DNA of 64,000 bases, from assembly GCA_903828645.1 (NCBI GenBank), contig CAIKNA010000122.1:3563-67562 (forward strand), read 5' to 3'. The notes below the pieces were generated by a model. The model worked only from the letters and a program-made list of their open reading frames with translations, did not search any database and was not told the origin of the DNA. Positions 35,394 through 45,300 of the stretch are shown here, in pieces; the stretch's first letter is position 1, and each line of letters opens with the position of its first letter. The position numbers and the translations under genes were made by a program. This DNA is from an uncultured Bacteroidales bacterium (GTDB taxonomy: Bacteria; Bacteroidota; Bacteroidia; Bacteroidales; FEN-979).

Positions 35394-36272
35394 TTGCAGG
35401 TCACCATCGATCCCCATTCTGGCTTTTGCTTTGGTGTGGTGTATGCCATCGGGGTCGCAGAGCGTGAACTTCATAAAAATCCTCTCCTGTACTGCCTGGG
35501 CGACCTTGTTCACAACAACATGGAAGTGGAGCGGCTTAAAAAAGCGGGATTGGTGATTATTTCACGGGAGGATCTTTATGAACTTTACGATTGCAAGGTG
35601 CTGATACGTGCTCATGGCGAACCCCCGGAAACCTATAAAATTGCCCTTCAGAACCGGATTGAATTGATTGATGCGTCATGCCCGATCGTGCTGAACCTGC
35701 AAAATGCGATCCGGCGGGCTTACCTTGAGATGCTTCAGCGGGATGGACAGGTAGTGATTTACGGAAAGGAGGGTCATGCCGAGGTGAAGGCTTTGATCGG
35801 ACAGACCCAAGAGACTGCTGTCGTGATTGGGAATGAAGACGACCTGGTAAAAATTGACTTTTCGCGCCCGGTAAGGTTTTACAGCCAGACCACTAAAAGC
35901 GTGGATGGATTCCATAAAATGGTAAAGATGATTGGTGACCGGATGGAGGCTGTTTCCATGGGAAAACCGGTTGATTTTGAATGGAATGACACTGTATGCC
36001 GGCAAGTTTCAAACAGGTCAGCCAAAATTAGGGAATTTGCAGAGGAATATGACGTGGTGGTTTTTGTGAGTGATCAGAAAAGCTCCAACGGGATGGTCCT
36101 TTTTCAGGAATGCAAAAACATCAATCCTCTTACAAAACTGGTATCCGGTTTTTCCGAGGTGGAACGTGCATGGTTTGACAATGCGCGAACGGTCGGAATT
36201 TGCGGTGCAACTTCAACCCCCTTCTGGCTGATGGAGGAGATAGCAAACGGAATCCGGAAAATCAATGACTGA
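35394..36272 (+). CDS. ispH: 4-hydroxy-3-methylbut-2-enyl diphosphate reductase
   Basis: 292 aa with a TTG start. SGFCFGVVYAI, RAHGEPPE, DASCPIVL, NTVCRQV: three conserved Cys in LytB context. Confidence 0.9.
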   Translation: MQVTIDPHSGFCFGVVYAIGVAERELHKNPLLYCLGDLVHNNMEVERLKKAGLVIISREDLYELYDCKVLIRAHGEPPETYKIALQNRIELIDASCPIVLNLQNAIRRAYLEMLQRDGQVVIYGKEGHAEVKALIGQTQETAVVIGNEDDLVKIDFSRPVRFYSQTTKSVDGFHKMVKMIGDRMEAVSMGKPVDFEWNDTVCRQVSNRSAKIREFAEEYDVVVFVSDQKSSNGMVLFQECKNINPLTKLVSGFSEVERAWFDNARTVGICGATSTPFWLMEEIANGIRKIND

Positions 36273-37374
36273 AATGTACCTTCAAAAACTCATCCTCACC
36301 GGGTTTAAAAATTATTCCCATGCTGAGTTTATCTTTTCTGAGAAGATCAACTGTTTCATCGGGAACAACGGTGTCGGGAAAACCAACCTGCTTGATGCCA
36401 TCCACTATCTCTCCTTTTGCAAAAGTTGTTTTACCAGCCTTGATACACAGAACATCCGCCATGGAGAGGATTTTTTCGCCATCCATGGCAATTTTCAACG
36501 GGGCGATGACACCCTTGACCTGGTGCAATGCATCCAGAAAAAAAACCAGCGCAAGCGTTTTCTGATCAATAAAAAGGAGTACGAGCGGCTTGCCGACCAT
36601 ATCGGTAATTTTCCCCTTGTCATGATCTCTCCTTATGATCGAGACCTGATCAATGATGGAAGCGAATTGCGGCGGAAATATATTGACAGTGTCATTTCTC
36701 AGTTTGACAAATTTTACCTTGACGACCTTATTCAATACAATAAAGCTCTTTTCCAGCGCAATGCACTGTTGAAATCATTTGGCGAGCAGCACTACTTCGA
36801 TGCGGTTTCACTTGAAACCTGGGATGAACAGATGATCAGGCTTGGGGAGCAGATATTTGTTAAACGCAATGCATTCCTGGAGCAGTTCATCCCGCTCTTC
36901 CAGCAATATTTCCGGTTTCTCAGCAATGGTTCCGAAACGGTTGATATCAGGTATGTGTCTCAAACTGCCGGAAATACATACCGTGAAGCATTCCGGGCTG
37001 CCCTTGATAAAGACCGGGCTGCACAATATTGCACGATGGGTGTTCATAAGGATGATCTTGAATTTATCCTGGATGATTTTCCCGTTAAAAAATTCGGCTC
37101 ACAGGGGCAGCAGAAATCGTTTGTCATTGCAGTCAAACTGGCCCAGTTTGACTATACCCGGAACATCAAGGGCTTTAAACCGATCCTCCTGCTTGATGAT
37201 GTCTTTGATAAACTCGATGATTTGCGGGTGTCACAACTTATCAAACTGGTAAGTGAGAACAGTTTCGGACAGGTCTTTATTACCGATACAAGCAGGGAAA
37301 GGATCATTTCCATCTTTGATTCCATGGATATTGATCATGAAATTTTCAACATCCCTCCCGCACCTGTTAAGTGA
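36265..37374 (+). CDS. recF: DNA replication and repair protein RecF
   Basis: 369 aa. Walker A GNNGVGKTNLLDAI, signature FGSQGQQKSF, Walker B ILLLDDVFDKLD. Confidence 0.93.
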   Translation: MTEMYLQKLILTGFKNYSHAEFIFSEKINCFIGNNGVGKTNLLDAIHYLSFCKSCFTSLDTQNIRHGEDFFAIHGNFQRGDDTLDLVQCIQKKNQRKRFLINKKEYERLADHIGNFPLVMISPYDRDLINDGSELRRKYIDSVISQFDKFYLDDLIQYNKALFQRNALLKSFGEQHYFDAVSLETWDEQMIRLGEQIFVKRNAFLEQFIPLFQQYFRFLSNGSETVDIRYVSQTAGNTYREAFRAALDKDRAAQYCTMGVHKDDLEFILDDFPVKKFGSQGQQKSFVIAVKLAQFDYTRNIKGFKPILLLDDVFDKLDDLRVSQLIKLVSENSFGQVFITDTSRERIISIFDSMDIDHEIFNIPPAPVK

Positions 37375-37411
37375 CTGAATGATTCCCTATCTTAGCATCC
37401 GGAATAATTTT

Positions 37412-37702
37412 ATGAGAAAATCGAACGAAAAGCCTTTAAAAGCTGCAATTGAAGAGTTCCTGGAGACTTTTCACCTGCGTGACAAACTGAGCCAGGCAAA
37501 AGTAATCCAGAGTTGGGAGAAGGTGGTGGGGGAGATGGTTGCCAGGAATACCAGCCAGTTGCATATCCGCAACAAGGTACTTTACGTAAAAGTTAATTCG
37601 GCTGCACTGCGGAATGAACTGCTGTTTGCCCGCACTAAAATCATGAACACCCTTAACAAGGAAGCCGGATCAATCGTTATAGAGGATATTGTTTTGAATT
37701 AA
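37412..37702 (+). CDS. DUF721 (DciA-like) protein downstream of recF
   Basis: The likely start is Met12 of the track ORF. Small basic protein in the conserved recF-adjacent position. Confidence 0.6.
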   Translation: MRKSNEKPLKAAIEEFLETFHLRDKLSQAKVIQSWEKVVGEMVARNTSQLHIRNKVLYVKVNSAALRNELLFARTKIMNTLNKEAGSIVIEDIVLN

Positions 37703-37820
37703 CCTGTTCCGGAAGGTCGGCTTTCATTACCACTCAGGCGCTAAGGACACTAAGAATCACCTAGTAATCTCTTTTCTAAGTGCTTCTATGTGAACTAAGT
37801 GCCTAAGATTCCCTTTTTTG

Positions 37821-38432
37821 TCATTTGACCAGGCAGGATAAAAGGTGCTCATCTTCGATCCAGCCATCCAGTTTATCCCCGATTTTGACTGGTCCGACCC
37901 CGGCGGGTGTACCGGTAAAAATATAATCTCCTGTCCTGAGGGTCATGAATGTTGAAATATAGGCAATGATGTCGTCGAAATCGTACATCATCAGCCCTGA
38001 ATTACCTTGCTGGACGGTTGTTCCATTCAGGTCGAGCCGAAAGCGGATGTTTTTCAGATCACTGAAACGTGTTTTAGGAAGAAAGTTGCCTATAGGGGCC
38101 GATTGGTCAAATCCTTTCGCAATGGCCCAAGGGAGCCTCTTTTCCTTTGCGGCCTCCTGCAGGTCCCGTGCGGTCATATCCAGGCCAATCCCTATTTCCT
38201 CATAATAGGCTGGCGCAAACTTTTTCTGAATGTTCTTTCCAACCTTGCATATTTTCAGTACAAGTTCTGCTTCATAGTGGATCTCGTTCGAAAATGAAGG
38301 ATAATAAAACGGCCGGTTACGGATGAGCAGTGATGTGTCGGGTTTCAGGAAAAATACCGGGGACGGGGGGATGCTGTTGTTGAGTTCCCTGATATGGTCA
38401 ACATAATTGCGCCCGATGCAGATAATTTTCAT
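37821..38432 (-). CDS. fumarylacetoacetate hydrolase (FAH) family protein
   Basis: 203 aa. IICIGRNY, HYEAELV, TGDYIFTGTPAGVG. Confidence 0.85.
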   Translation of the reverse strand: MKIICIGRNYVDHIRELNNSIPPSPVFFLKPDTSLLIRNRPFYYPSFSNEIHYEAELVLKICKVGKNIQKKFAPAYYEEIGIGLDMTARDLQEAAKEKRLPWAIAKGFDQSAPIGNFLPKTRFSDLKNIRFRLDLNGTTVQQGNSGLMMYDFDDIIAYISTFMTLRTGDYIFTGTPAGVGPVKIGDKLDGWIEDEHLLSCLVK

Positions 38433-38449
38433 GATAGTTGCAGGAAAGG

Positions 38450-39280
38450 TTAAAACAAGTCAAGTTTTACCGAGGTATTGCTGTTGCTCCTGAGTTTTAA
38501 AACTGTCAGCACTTTTTTGGTTGATAAAGGAAACTCGCCTTTCATCATCCAGCTGTAATAAGAAGGTTCATCATTGAATACCTGGGTAACCGCTTTGCCT
38601 TTGTGCTTGCCGAAATTGAATACCTCCACATTCTTATCATTATAAACGATATGCCCGATGAGGTCAACTGCTTTTGTGGCGTAGGAAAAATCGCTCAGCG
38701 CTTTGATGTCGTTGATTACAGGTTGGGTCATGTTTCCTTTTCTGTCCTTGAAAGTCACTTCGGCATAACGATCCAGCTGTGCTTTCAGGATTTCAAAAGT
38801 GGCCATGGTATCGGCTTCAGCACTGTGCGCATTCACCAGCTCTTTGGAACAATAGAACTTGTAAGCGGCAGCCAGGTTGCGTGGTTCCATTTTATGAAAA
38901 ATATTCTGAACATCTACAAACCGCCTGCCTTTAAGATCAAAATCGATTTCAGCTCTCAGAAATTCCTCCACCAAAAGCGGGATGTCGAAGTGATTGGAAT
39001 TATACCCGGCAAGGTCGCAATTATCAAGAAACTGGGCAAGTTCACGGGCAACCTGTTTAAATGTCGGGCAATCCTTTACGTCGGCATCCGAAATTCCATG
39101 TATTGCTGTAACCTCAGGGGGGATCGGCATTTCAGGATTGATCCGCAGGGTTTCTATTTTAGTGGTACCATCGACCTGCTGGCGGACAATGCTAATCTCT
39201 ACGATGCGGTCTGTTGCAACTTTGATACCTGTGGTTTCAAGATCAAAAAATGCGATTGGTTTGGTCAGGTTGAGTTCCAT
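38450..39280 (-). CDS. DEDD-family 3'-5' exonuclease (DnaQ-like) with C-terminal extension
   Basis: 276 aa. Exo I FFDLETTG, Exo II GYNSNHFDIPLL, Exo III HSAEADT. Confidence 0.85.
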   Translation of the reverse strand: MELNLTKPIAFFDLETTGIKVATDRIVEISIVRQQVDGTTKIETLRINPEMPIPPEVTAIHGISDADVKDCPTFKQVARELAQFLDNCDLAGYNSNHFDIPLLVEEFLRAEIDFDLKGRRFVDVQNIFHKMEPRNLAAAYKFYCSKELVNAHSAEADTMATFEILKAQLDRYAEVTFKDRKGNMTQPVINDIKALSDFSYATKAVDLIGHIVYNDKNVEVFNFGKHKGKAVTQVFNDEPSYYSWMMKGEFPLSTKKVLTVLKLRSNSNTSVKLDLF

Positions 39281-40626
39281 TAAATTGTTTGGTTGTTGTC
39301 AAAAGTTTCGAGATGGTGTACCAGGCTGTTGAGAAACTGGCCTCCGAGTGCCCCGTCGATGACCCGGTGGTCATAGGTTACCGACATCATCATGATGGGC
39401 CTGATGGCAATGGTGTCGCCATCGGGAGTTTCAATCACCACCGCCCGTTTTTTTATAGCACCAACTGCAACGATTGCCGTTTGCGGCTGGTTGATGATGG
39501 GGGTTCCCATGAGAGTTCCAAAAGAACCCAGGTTGGTAAGCGAAATAGTGCCGCCTGAAATTTCATCGGGTACCAGTTTGCTGATGCGCGCACGCTGTGC
39601 GAGGTCGTTTACAGTTTTGACAATGCCCAGCAGGCTTTTTTCATGAGCATTGCGAATGACAGGAACGATGAGGTTGAAGTTTGGCAGGGATACCGCCATG
39701 CCGATGTTTACGCTCTTATGAATGATCACCTTGGTTCCGTCAACGGAAACATTCACCAGTGGAAAATCCCTGACCGCTTTTGCAATCGCTTCAATAAACA
39801 CCGGGGTAAAAGTGAGCTTTTCATTTTCCCTTTTAAGGAACGCCTCCTTGTTTTTATCACGCCATTGAACCACGCGGGTCATATCCACTTCCTGGAACGA
39901 AGTAACATGTGCCGATGTTTGGACAGATTTTACCATGTGGCTGGCAATCAGTTGCCTGATGCGGTCCATCTCAACCATGCGATCCTCACCGGGGATTATT
40001 TGCTGAATAGCTTGCGGAGCCACAACCGGAGCGGAGGCTGCAAGAGTTTGTGCCTGGTTTTCTACTGGTTTAATCCCCTGCTGCCGGTCTTTCAGGTAAT
40101 TCAGCAAGTCTTGCTTGGTAAGCCTGTCATCTTTTCCCGTTCCGGATATTCCATCCAGTTCCGTAAAGGAGATGTTTTCCTGGAGGGCAATGCTGCGCAC
40201 AAGGGGGGAGTAGAATCGTGTTCCTGAAAATGAACCTGTTTCAGGATGTGACTTGTCTTCTGTCTCTCCAATAACTACAGGATTCGCGGACAATGCGGCA
40301 ATGGTTGGTTCCGCCTGGCAGGAATCCGCCTGTTTTTCTTCCACAGAAACTTTGCTTTCAGGAAGAACCGCTTTCTCCCCGGCGGTGTCAATAATGGCAA
40401 AAACGGCACCGACGGGGACTAGGTCACCTTCCTTGAATAACTTTTTTACCAATTTCCCCGAAACAAGCGACGGAATTTCAGAATCGACTTTATCTGTGGC
40501 GATTTCGACAATGGAATCATCCTCGTGGATCATATCCCCTTCGTTCTTTAACCATTTGGTGATGGTCGCTTCGATGATACTTTCGCCAAGTTTTGGTACA
40601 ACTACCTCATAATTTGACATATACAA
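39280..40626 (-). CDS. 2-oxoacid dehydrogenase E2 (dihydrolipoamide acyltransferase)
   Basis: 448 aa. Lipoyl attachment EIATDKVDSEI, a peripheral-subunit-binding region, and the catalytic motif DHRVIDGA. Confidence 0.9.
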   Translation of the reverse strand: MYMSNYEVVVPKLGESIIEATITKWLKNEGDMIHEDDSIVEIATDKVDSEIPSLVSGKLVKKLFKEGDLVPVGAVFAIIDTAGEKAVLPESKVSVEEKQADSCQAEPTIAALSANPVVIGETEDKSHPETGSFSGTRFYSPLVRSIALQENISFTELDGISGTGKDDRLTKQDLLNYLKDRQQGIKPVENQAQTLAASAPVVAPQAIQQIIPGEDRMVEMDRIRQLIASHMVKSVQTSAHVTSFQEVDMTRVVQWRDKNKEAFLKRENEKLTFTPVFIEAIAKAVRDFPLVNVSVDGTKVIIHKSVNIGMAVSLPNFNLIVPVIRNAHEKSLLGIVKTVNDLAQRARISKLVPDEISGGTISLTNLGSFGTLMGTPIINQPQTAIVAVGAIKKRAVVIETPDGDTIAIRPIMMMSVTYDHRVIDGALGGQFLNSLVHHLETFDNNQTI

Positions 40627-40696
40627 ATGACTTATTGAGTTTATGCAAAGGTAACGCTTTTTCTTATTTTGAACCGTTCTAAAATATAAATAACTG

Positions 40697-42664
40697 TCAA
40701 ATCCTGCCTAAATTTCTGAACCCTTTGAGGATGATGTTTAAATCGTTGGTCAATTTATAATCACGGGCATAGAGGAGATCGAGGCGGGCGGTTGTCTCCT
40801 CCGGAACATTTTTATTCTGAAAAGCGTCCAGCGGATTTAGGACTCCGTGTTTGATCTCGGGAAGCCTGCTGGCCTCATTTTCGGTGTGTGAGGTGAAGCC
40901 GATCCAGGATTTAAAGCCAACCAGAACGGAAAAGATATTCCGAAGCAATCCAAGAGGATTTCTGACCATAAACAAGGCTACAGGATACAAAGCAAGCAGG
41001 GAAAAGGCAACCAGGAAATCAAGCATTCGTTTGTTTCTCCTGTTTGATCTTTTTACAATGGCATTTATGTCAATTACATACAAATCGCCCGAGGTGTTGA
41101 TTGAATTACTCCCGATGATGGAGAGGCTTTCGGGCGGTGCAATCTTATAGTCGACCTGTTCATTTTTCAACTCCGACATCATGTCGATGATCACCTGGGC
41201 CGGCACATCTTTGGCACAGAAAATCACTTCATTGATTTTATGAATGGTAATTATTTCTTTTATTTGCCCCATGTGACCGATAAAGCCATTGGAGTTATTC
41301 CGGTGATGGTGGTAACTTACCAGCCCGGTGAATGAAGGGTTCATACCGGTTTGCTGAAGCAGTTCGGAAACACGCTCCGACTCATCTTTTTCCCCAATGA
41401 TGACGAAACGTTTGTTTTTTTCGGAGTTAAGCTTATATCCTGAAATATTGAAATAATGCAGCAGGAACCGTTCGGCCAGCATGATCATGGTTCCCCAGAC
41501 TGCCCCGAGAATGATGAGCGCACGGGAAAACCGGTAGCTTTCATTTAACAGGGAATATACCACCAGGATGATCAGGGTGCCGGCAATCATTCCCTGAACG
41601 ATGCGTCTCAACCGGATCGGTCTGTCATACCCTCCGCTCAGGTATATGCATAAGAGCCAGGTCAACAGGTAAACAGGAACTGCTACATGCATGAAAGCAT
41701 AAGGATAATGCCCTCCATCGGGAAAAATGAAATGTCGTTCCCAGTAATCCTTGATAAAAAAGATGCCCGCAAAAATGAGCAGGGCATCAGAGAGAGGAAG
41801 GATGAGCCGGTTGAAAAAGCGCGTAAGAATGGAGATAAATGCACGAAAATAGATGGCAATGTTGATCATCACCGAAAAGATGCGGGCATTCTCCCTGGAG
41901 AAATGCTTCCTGGCAAACACGATCATGGCATTGTAAAACACAAAAACATAATTCAGGCTGCCCTTCTTGGTGCTTTCACCTTTATAATGGATGATCCTGG
42001 TACCGGGATAATAGTAATTTTTATAACCTGCTTTTGTGATCCGGAAACTCAGGTCGATGTCTTCGCCATACATGAAAAATTCCTCGTCGAGCAACCCGAT
42101 CTTATCCAGTACTTTTTTCCGTACCAGCATGAAGGCACCTGCAAGCACATCCACCACATGGGTTTCATCCTTGTCAAGGTAACCCAGGTGATAGGTGCTG
42201 AACAATTTCGATTTTGGGAAAAGCGAGGAGAGCCCGAAAACCTTGAAAAATGCAACGGAGGGGTATGGCAGTCCACGTTTGCTTTCAGGAAGGAACTTTC
42301 CCTTTCCATCGAGCATCTTCACGCCGAGTCCACCCGCATCCGGATGCTGGTCCATGAAATCGACAACCTTGCGCAGCGTGTCATCTTCAACAATGGTATC
42401 GGGGTTGAGAAGCAGCACATATTCACCTTTTGATCTGCGGATTGCCTGGTTGTTTGCAGATGAAAAGCCTTTGTTTTCCTTATTTTCAATAAGATGAATA
42501 TCAGGGAACTTATCTTTGACCATCTTGACCGAACCATCCACCGAGTCGTTGTCAACCACGAAAATTTCCACTTCTATTCCATTACAGCCATTTTGAACTG
42601 AATGAAGACATTGCTCCAGGAAATATTTGACGTTGTAATTAACGATTACGATTGATAGCTTCAT
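40697..42664 (-). CDS. family-2 glycosyltransferase fused to a multi-TM and C-terminal domain
   Basis: 655 aa. N-terminus LSIVIVNYN ... VVDNDSVDGS ... LLNPD. Central TM block. The C-terminus resembles parts of bacterial sugar-transferase domains. Confidence 0.75.
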   Translation of the reverse strand: MKLSIVIVNYNVKYFLEQCLHSVQNGCNGIEVEIFVVDNDSVDGSVKMVKDKFPDIHLIENKENKGFSSANNQAIRRSKGEYVLLLNPDTIVEDDTLRKVVDFMDQHPDAGGLGVKMLDGKGKFLPESKRGLPYPSVAFFKVFGLSSLFPKSKLFSTYHLGYLDKDETHVVDVLAGAFMLVRKKVLDKIGLLDEEFFMYGEDIDLSFRITKAGYKNYYYPGTRIIHYKGESTKKGSLNYVFVFYNAMIVFARKHFSRENARIFSVMINIAIYFRAFISILTRFFNRLILPLSDALLIFAGIFFIKDYWERHFIFPDGGHYPYAFMHVAVPVYLLTWLLCIYLSGGYDRPIRLRRIVQGMIAGTLIILVVYSLLNESYRFSRALIILGAVWGTMIMLAERFLLHYFNISGYKLNSEKNKRFVIIGEKDESERVSELLQQTGMNPSFTGLVSYHHHRNNSNGFIGHMGQIKEIITIHKINEVIFCAKDVPAQVIIDMMSELKNEQVDYKIAPPESLSIIGSNSINTSGDLYVIDINAIVKRSNRRNKRMLDFLVAFSLLALYPVALFMVRNPLGLLRNIFSVLVGFKSWIGFTSHTENEASRLPEIKHGVLNPLDAFQNKNVPEETTARLDLLYARDYKLTNDLNIILKGFRNLGRI

Positions 42665-42716
42665 CCGGTTTTCGTGATTCGCCTGTAAAGTTATGGTTAT
42701 TCAATCAATCTAAAAA

Positions 42717-43307
42717 CTAAATTGCTCCGGCTTCGATCATCAGAACAATCTGTTCAATTGCCTGGTCGCTGCCGCCGGGATCATAATCGGATTTCAGATC
42801 ATAACCGAAGAGTCTTGCCATGGTTTGCCATATAAACGCGGTGAATTTTCCCCGGAGTTCTTTCACGATATCGAAGGTGGAGTTGCCTGTCTCCCTGTAA
42901 ACCAGCTTGATCAGGATTTTTCCCTGTGAAAAAGTAAGATCTTTAAGCTCGTCGCCAAATTTACTTTCAAGGTCTTTTTCAGCTTTTTTCATATATATTT
43001 TACGTTCCTTTTCTGTCGGGATCGTATCCAGGACTGCTTTATACATTGCCAGCTGTTTGCCTGCAAGTTTTGCATACGGGTAAACCTTTTTAACATTATA
43101 CACCAGTTTGTCATACCGGGCAGCGGCCCTCTTGCTCTGGGTTTGAACCGGGGCAGGGGGGAAAATGACGACGGGCTTTATATCAACCAGAGCAATGGTA
43201 TCGCCTTCAACTACTTGTGTTGAATGGACTGTTTTGGTAGTATCCTGTGAAAAGACAAGAACCCGGCAGAACAGCAATGAAACGAAGATGAGGACTCCTT
43301 TACGCAT
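42717..43307 (-). CDS. DUF4294-like secreted protein
   Basis: 196 aa with a signal peptide. Contains VKKVYPYAKLA and LTFSQGKILIKLVYRETGNSTFDIVKELRG. Confidence 0.55.
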   Translation of the reverse strand: MRKGVLIFVSLLFCRVLVFSQDTTKTVHSTQVVEGDTIALVDIKPVVIFPPAPVQTQSKRAAARYDKLVYNVKKVYPYAKLAGKQLAMYKAVLDTIPTEKERKIYMKKAEKDLESKFGDELKDLTFSQGKILIKLVYRETGNSTFDIVKELRGKFTAFIWQTMARLFGYDLKSDYDPGGSDQAIEQIVLMIEAGAI

Positions 43308-43361
43308 TGGCTTCCCTGTTCATAAGTTCATTCGGATAACGAAAAAACAGCGGGTTTGGTA

Positions 43362-44597
43362 TCAGGCAACCTTTAACCGTGCCATACTGGTTTTCCTGAA
43401 CTTCTCCTCAACAAATGTTGCGGTTACATGGAAAGATTTGATGTTGCTTTTCGATGGCAGTTCAAACATGGCATCGTTCATGATCCCTTCAAGGATTGAC
43501 CGCAGTCCGCGGGCGCCCAACTTGAACTCAATGGCTTTCTGAACAATGAAATTCAATGCATCCTCATCGAAAACAACCTTGATGTTATCCAATTCAAAGA
43601 GTTTGGTGTATTGCCTGATGAGCGAATTCTTCGGCTCGGTGAGAATCCGGCGAAGAGTGGCCTGGTCGAGGGTGTGCATATAGGTTACGATCGGCAACCT
43701 GCCAACGAGTTCGGGAATGAGTCCGAATGCTTTCAGGTCGACGGGTGTTATATATTCAAGGATGTGGTCCTTATCGACATTTTCATGTTTCCTGTCTGCT
43801 TTATACCCGATTTTATTGGTCTGGAGCCGGCTTGAGATCTTCTTCTCAATGCCGTCGAACGCTCCGCCGGTAATGAACAGGATATTCTGGGTGTTGATCT
43901 GGATCATTTTTTGTTCAGGATGTTTTCTTCCACCCTGGGGCGGCACATTGACAATGGCTCCTTCGAGCATTTTCAGGAGCGCCTGCTGCACCCCTTCACC
44001 GCTTACATCGCGGGTTATGGAAGGATTATCACCTTTTCTCGCGATTTTATCAATCTCATCAATGAAAATAATGCCACGTTCGGCTGCGGCAACATTGTAA
44101 TCGGCAACCTGCAGCAGCCGGGAGAGGATGCTTTCCACATCTTCTCCAACGTATCCTGCTTCGGTTAGTGCTGTCGCATCTGCAATGCAGAATGGCACGT
44201 GGAGCATTTTAGCCACCGTCCGCGCCAGCAATGTTTTACCGGTACCTGTTTCACCAACAATGACAATGTTCGATTTTTCGATTTCAACATCGTCCTCCTT
44301 TGCTTCCTTGGCGTGGGATAAACGCTTGTAGTGGTTGTATACAGCCACTGAAATCACCTTTTTTGCCTCATCCTGGCCAATCACGAACTGATCAAGATAC
44401 TTTTTGATTTCGATTGGTTTTATCAGTAAAAAATCGGGAACATCTTTCCTTTTCTCCGTTGCCAGTTCCTCCTGAAGGATGATCTGCGCCTGCTGAACAC
44501 AACTGTCGCAAATGTGGCCTTCGAGACCGGCAATCAGCATCCTGGTTTCCCGCTTTGACCGGCCGCAAAAAGAGCATTTGTCAGGTGACTTGGCCAT
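43362..44597 (-). CDS. clpX: ATP-dependent Clp protease ATP-binding subunit ClpX
   Basis: The likely start is Met13 ([13 protein letters not shown]), 1 nt after the clpP stop. Zinc finger CSFCG..C..C, Walker [18 protein letters not shown]. Confidence 0.95.
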   Translation of the reverse strand: MAKSPDKCSFCGRSKRETRMLIAGLEGHICDSCVQQAQIILQEELATEKRKDVPDFLLIKPIEIKKYLDQFVIGQDEAKKVISVAVYNHYKRLSHAKEAKEDDVEIEKSNIVIVGETGTGKTLLARTVAKMLHVPFCIADATALTEAGYVGEDVESILSRLLQVADYNVAAAERGIIFIDEIDKIARKGDNPSITRDVSGEGVQQALLKMLEGAIVNVPPQGGRKHPEQKMIQINTQNILFITGGAFDGIEKKISSRLQTNKIGYKADRKHENVDKDHILEYITPVDLKAFGLIPELVGRLPIVTYMHTLDQATLRRILTEPKNSLIRQYTKLFELDNIKVVFDEDALNFIVQKAIEFKLGARGLRSILEGIMNDAMFELPSKSNIKSFHVTATFVEEKFRKTSMARLKVA

Positions 44598-44598
44598 G

Positions 44599-45273
44599 TT
44601 AATTTTCTTTTTTCGTGCGGACCAGGATTTCATCGATCATGCCGTATTCGCGGGCTTCTTCGCTGGTCATCCAGTAATCGCGGTCAGCATCTCTAAGAAT
44701 CCTTTTATGAGGCTGGCCCGAATGAAGGGAGATTATTTCATAGAGCTCTTTCTTGAGCTTCTGAATTTCACGGGCGGTGATGTCGATATCTGAAGCCTGG
44801 CCTTCCGCGCTGCCCATCGGCTGGTGAATGAGGATCCGTGAATGCTTCAGCGCTGTTCGTTTGCCTTTTTCACCGGCGCAAAGAAGGATTGCGCCCATGG
44901 AGGCGGCCATCCCCGTGCAGATGGTTGCAACATGCGGGTTGATGTACTGCATGGTGTCGTAAATGCCAAGGCCTGCATAAACCGAGCCGCCGGGAGTGTT
45001 CAGGTAGATCTGTATATCCTTGTGCGAGTCAACCGATTCGAGAAAAAGCAGTTGCGCCTGGATGATGTTGGCAACATAATCATCGATGGGAACGCCCAGG
45101 AAAATGATGCGGTCCATCATCAGACGTGAAAAAACATCCATGGTGGCAACATTCAACTGTCTTTCTTCAATAATTGTCGGTGAAATATAATTGGATGATA
45201 TGGATTTATATTTTGCCAGGGTCAGGCTGCTGATGCCTTTGTGCCCGATGGCATATTTTGAGAATTCGTCCAT
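44599..45273 (-). CDS. clpP: ATP-dependent Clp protease proteolytic subunit
   Basis: 224 aa. GMAASMGA (catalytic Ser), ILIHQP (His), [10 protein letters not shown]. Confidence 0.95.
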   Translation of the reverse strand: MDEFSKYAIGHKGISSLTLAKYKSISSNYISPTIIEERQLNVATMDVFSRLMMDRIIFLGVPIDDYVANIIQAQLLFLESVDSHKDIQIYLNTPGGSVYAGLGIYDTMQYINPHVATICTGMAASMGAILLCAGEKGKRTALKHSRILIHQPMGSAEGQASDIDITAREIQKLKKELYEIISLHSGQPHKRILRDADRDYWMTSEEAREYGMIDEILVRTKKEN

Positions 45274-45300
45274 TTTACTGCGTTTTTTTTGTTGAAATTA

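Noticed and set aside
39280-40626. 2-oxoacid dehydrogenase E2 gene with no E1 or E3 genes beside it, in an apparent anaerobe
   Set aside because: The partner genes may simply lie elsewhere in the genome, so this is not interpretable from one window.
38603-42433. Long antisense ORFs 38603-39283(+), 39643-40227(+), 41687-42433(+). Similar cases: 5842-6402(+), 33786-34412(-), 48332-48844(-), 57406-58008(+), 25384-25932(+)
   Set aside because: Each is the mirror frame of a gene with strong family motifs (exonuclease, E2, GT2, hydB, nusB, etc.). None has a recognisable domain.
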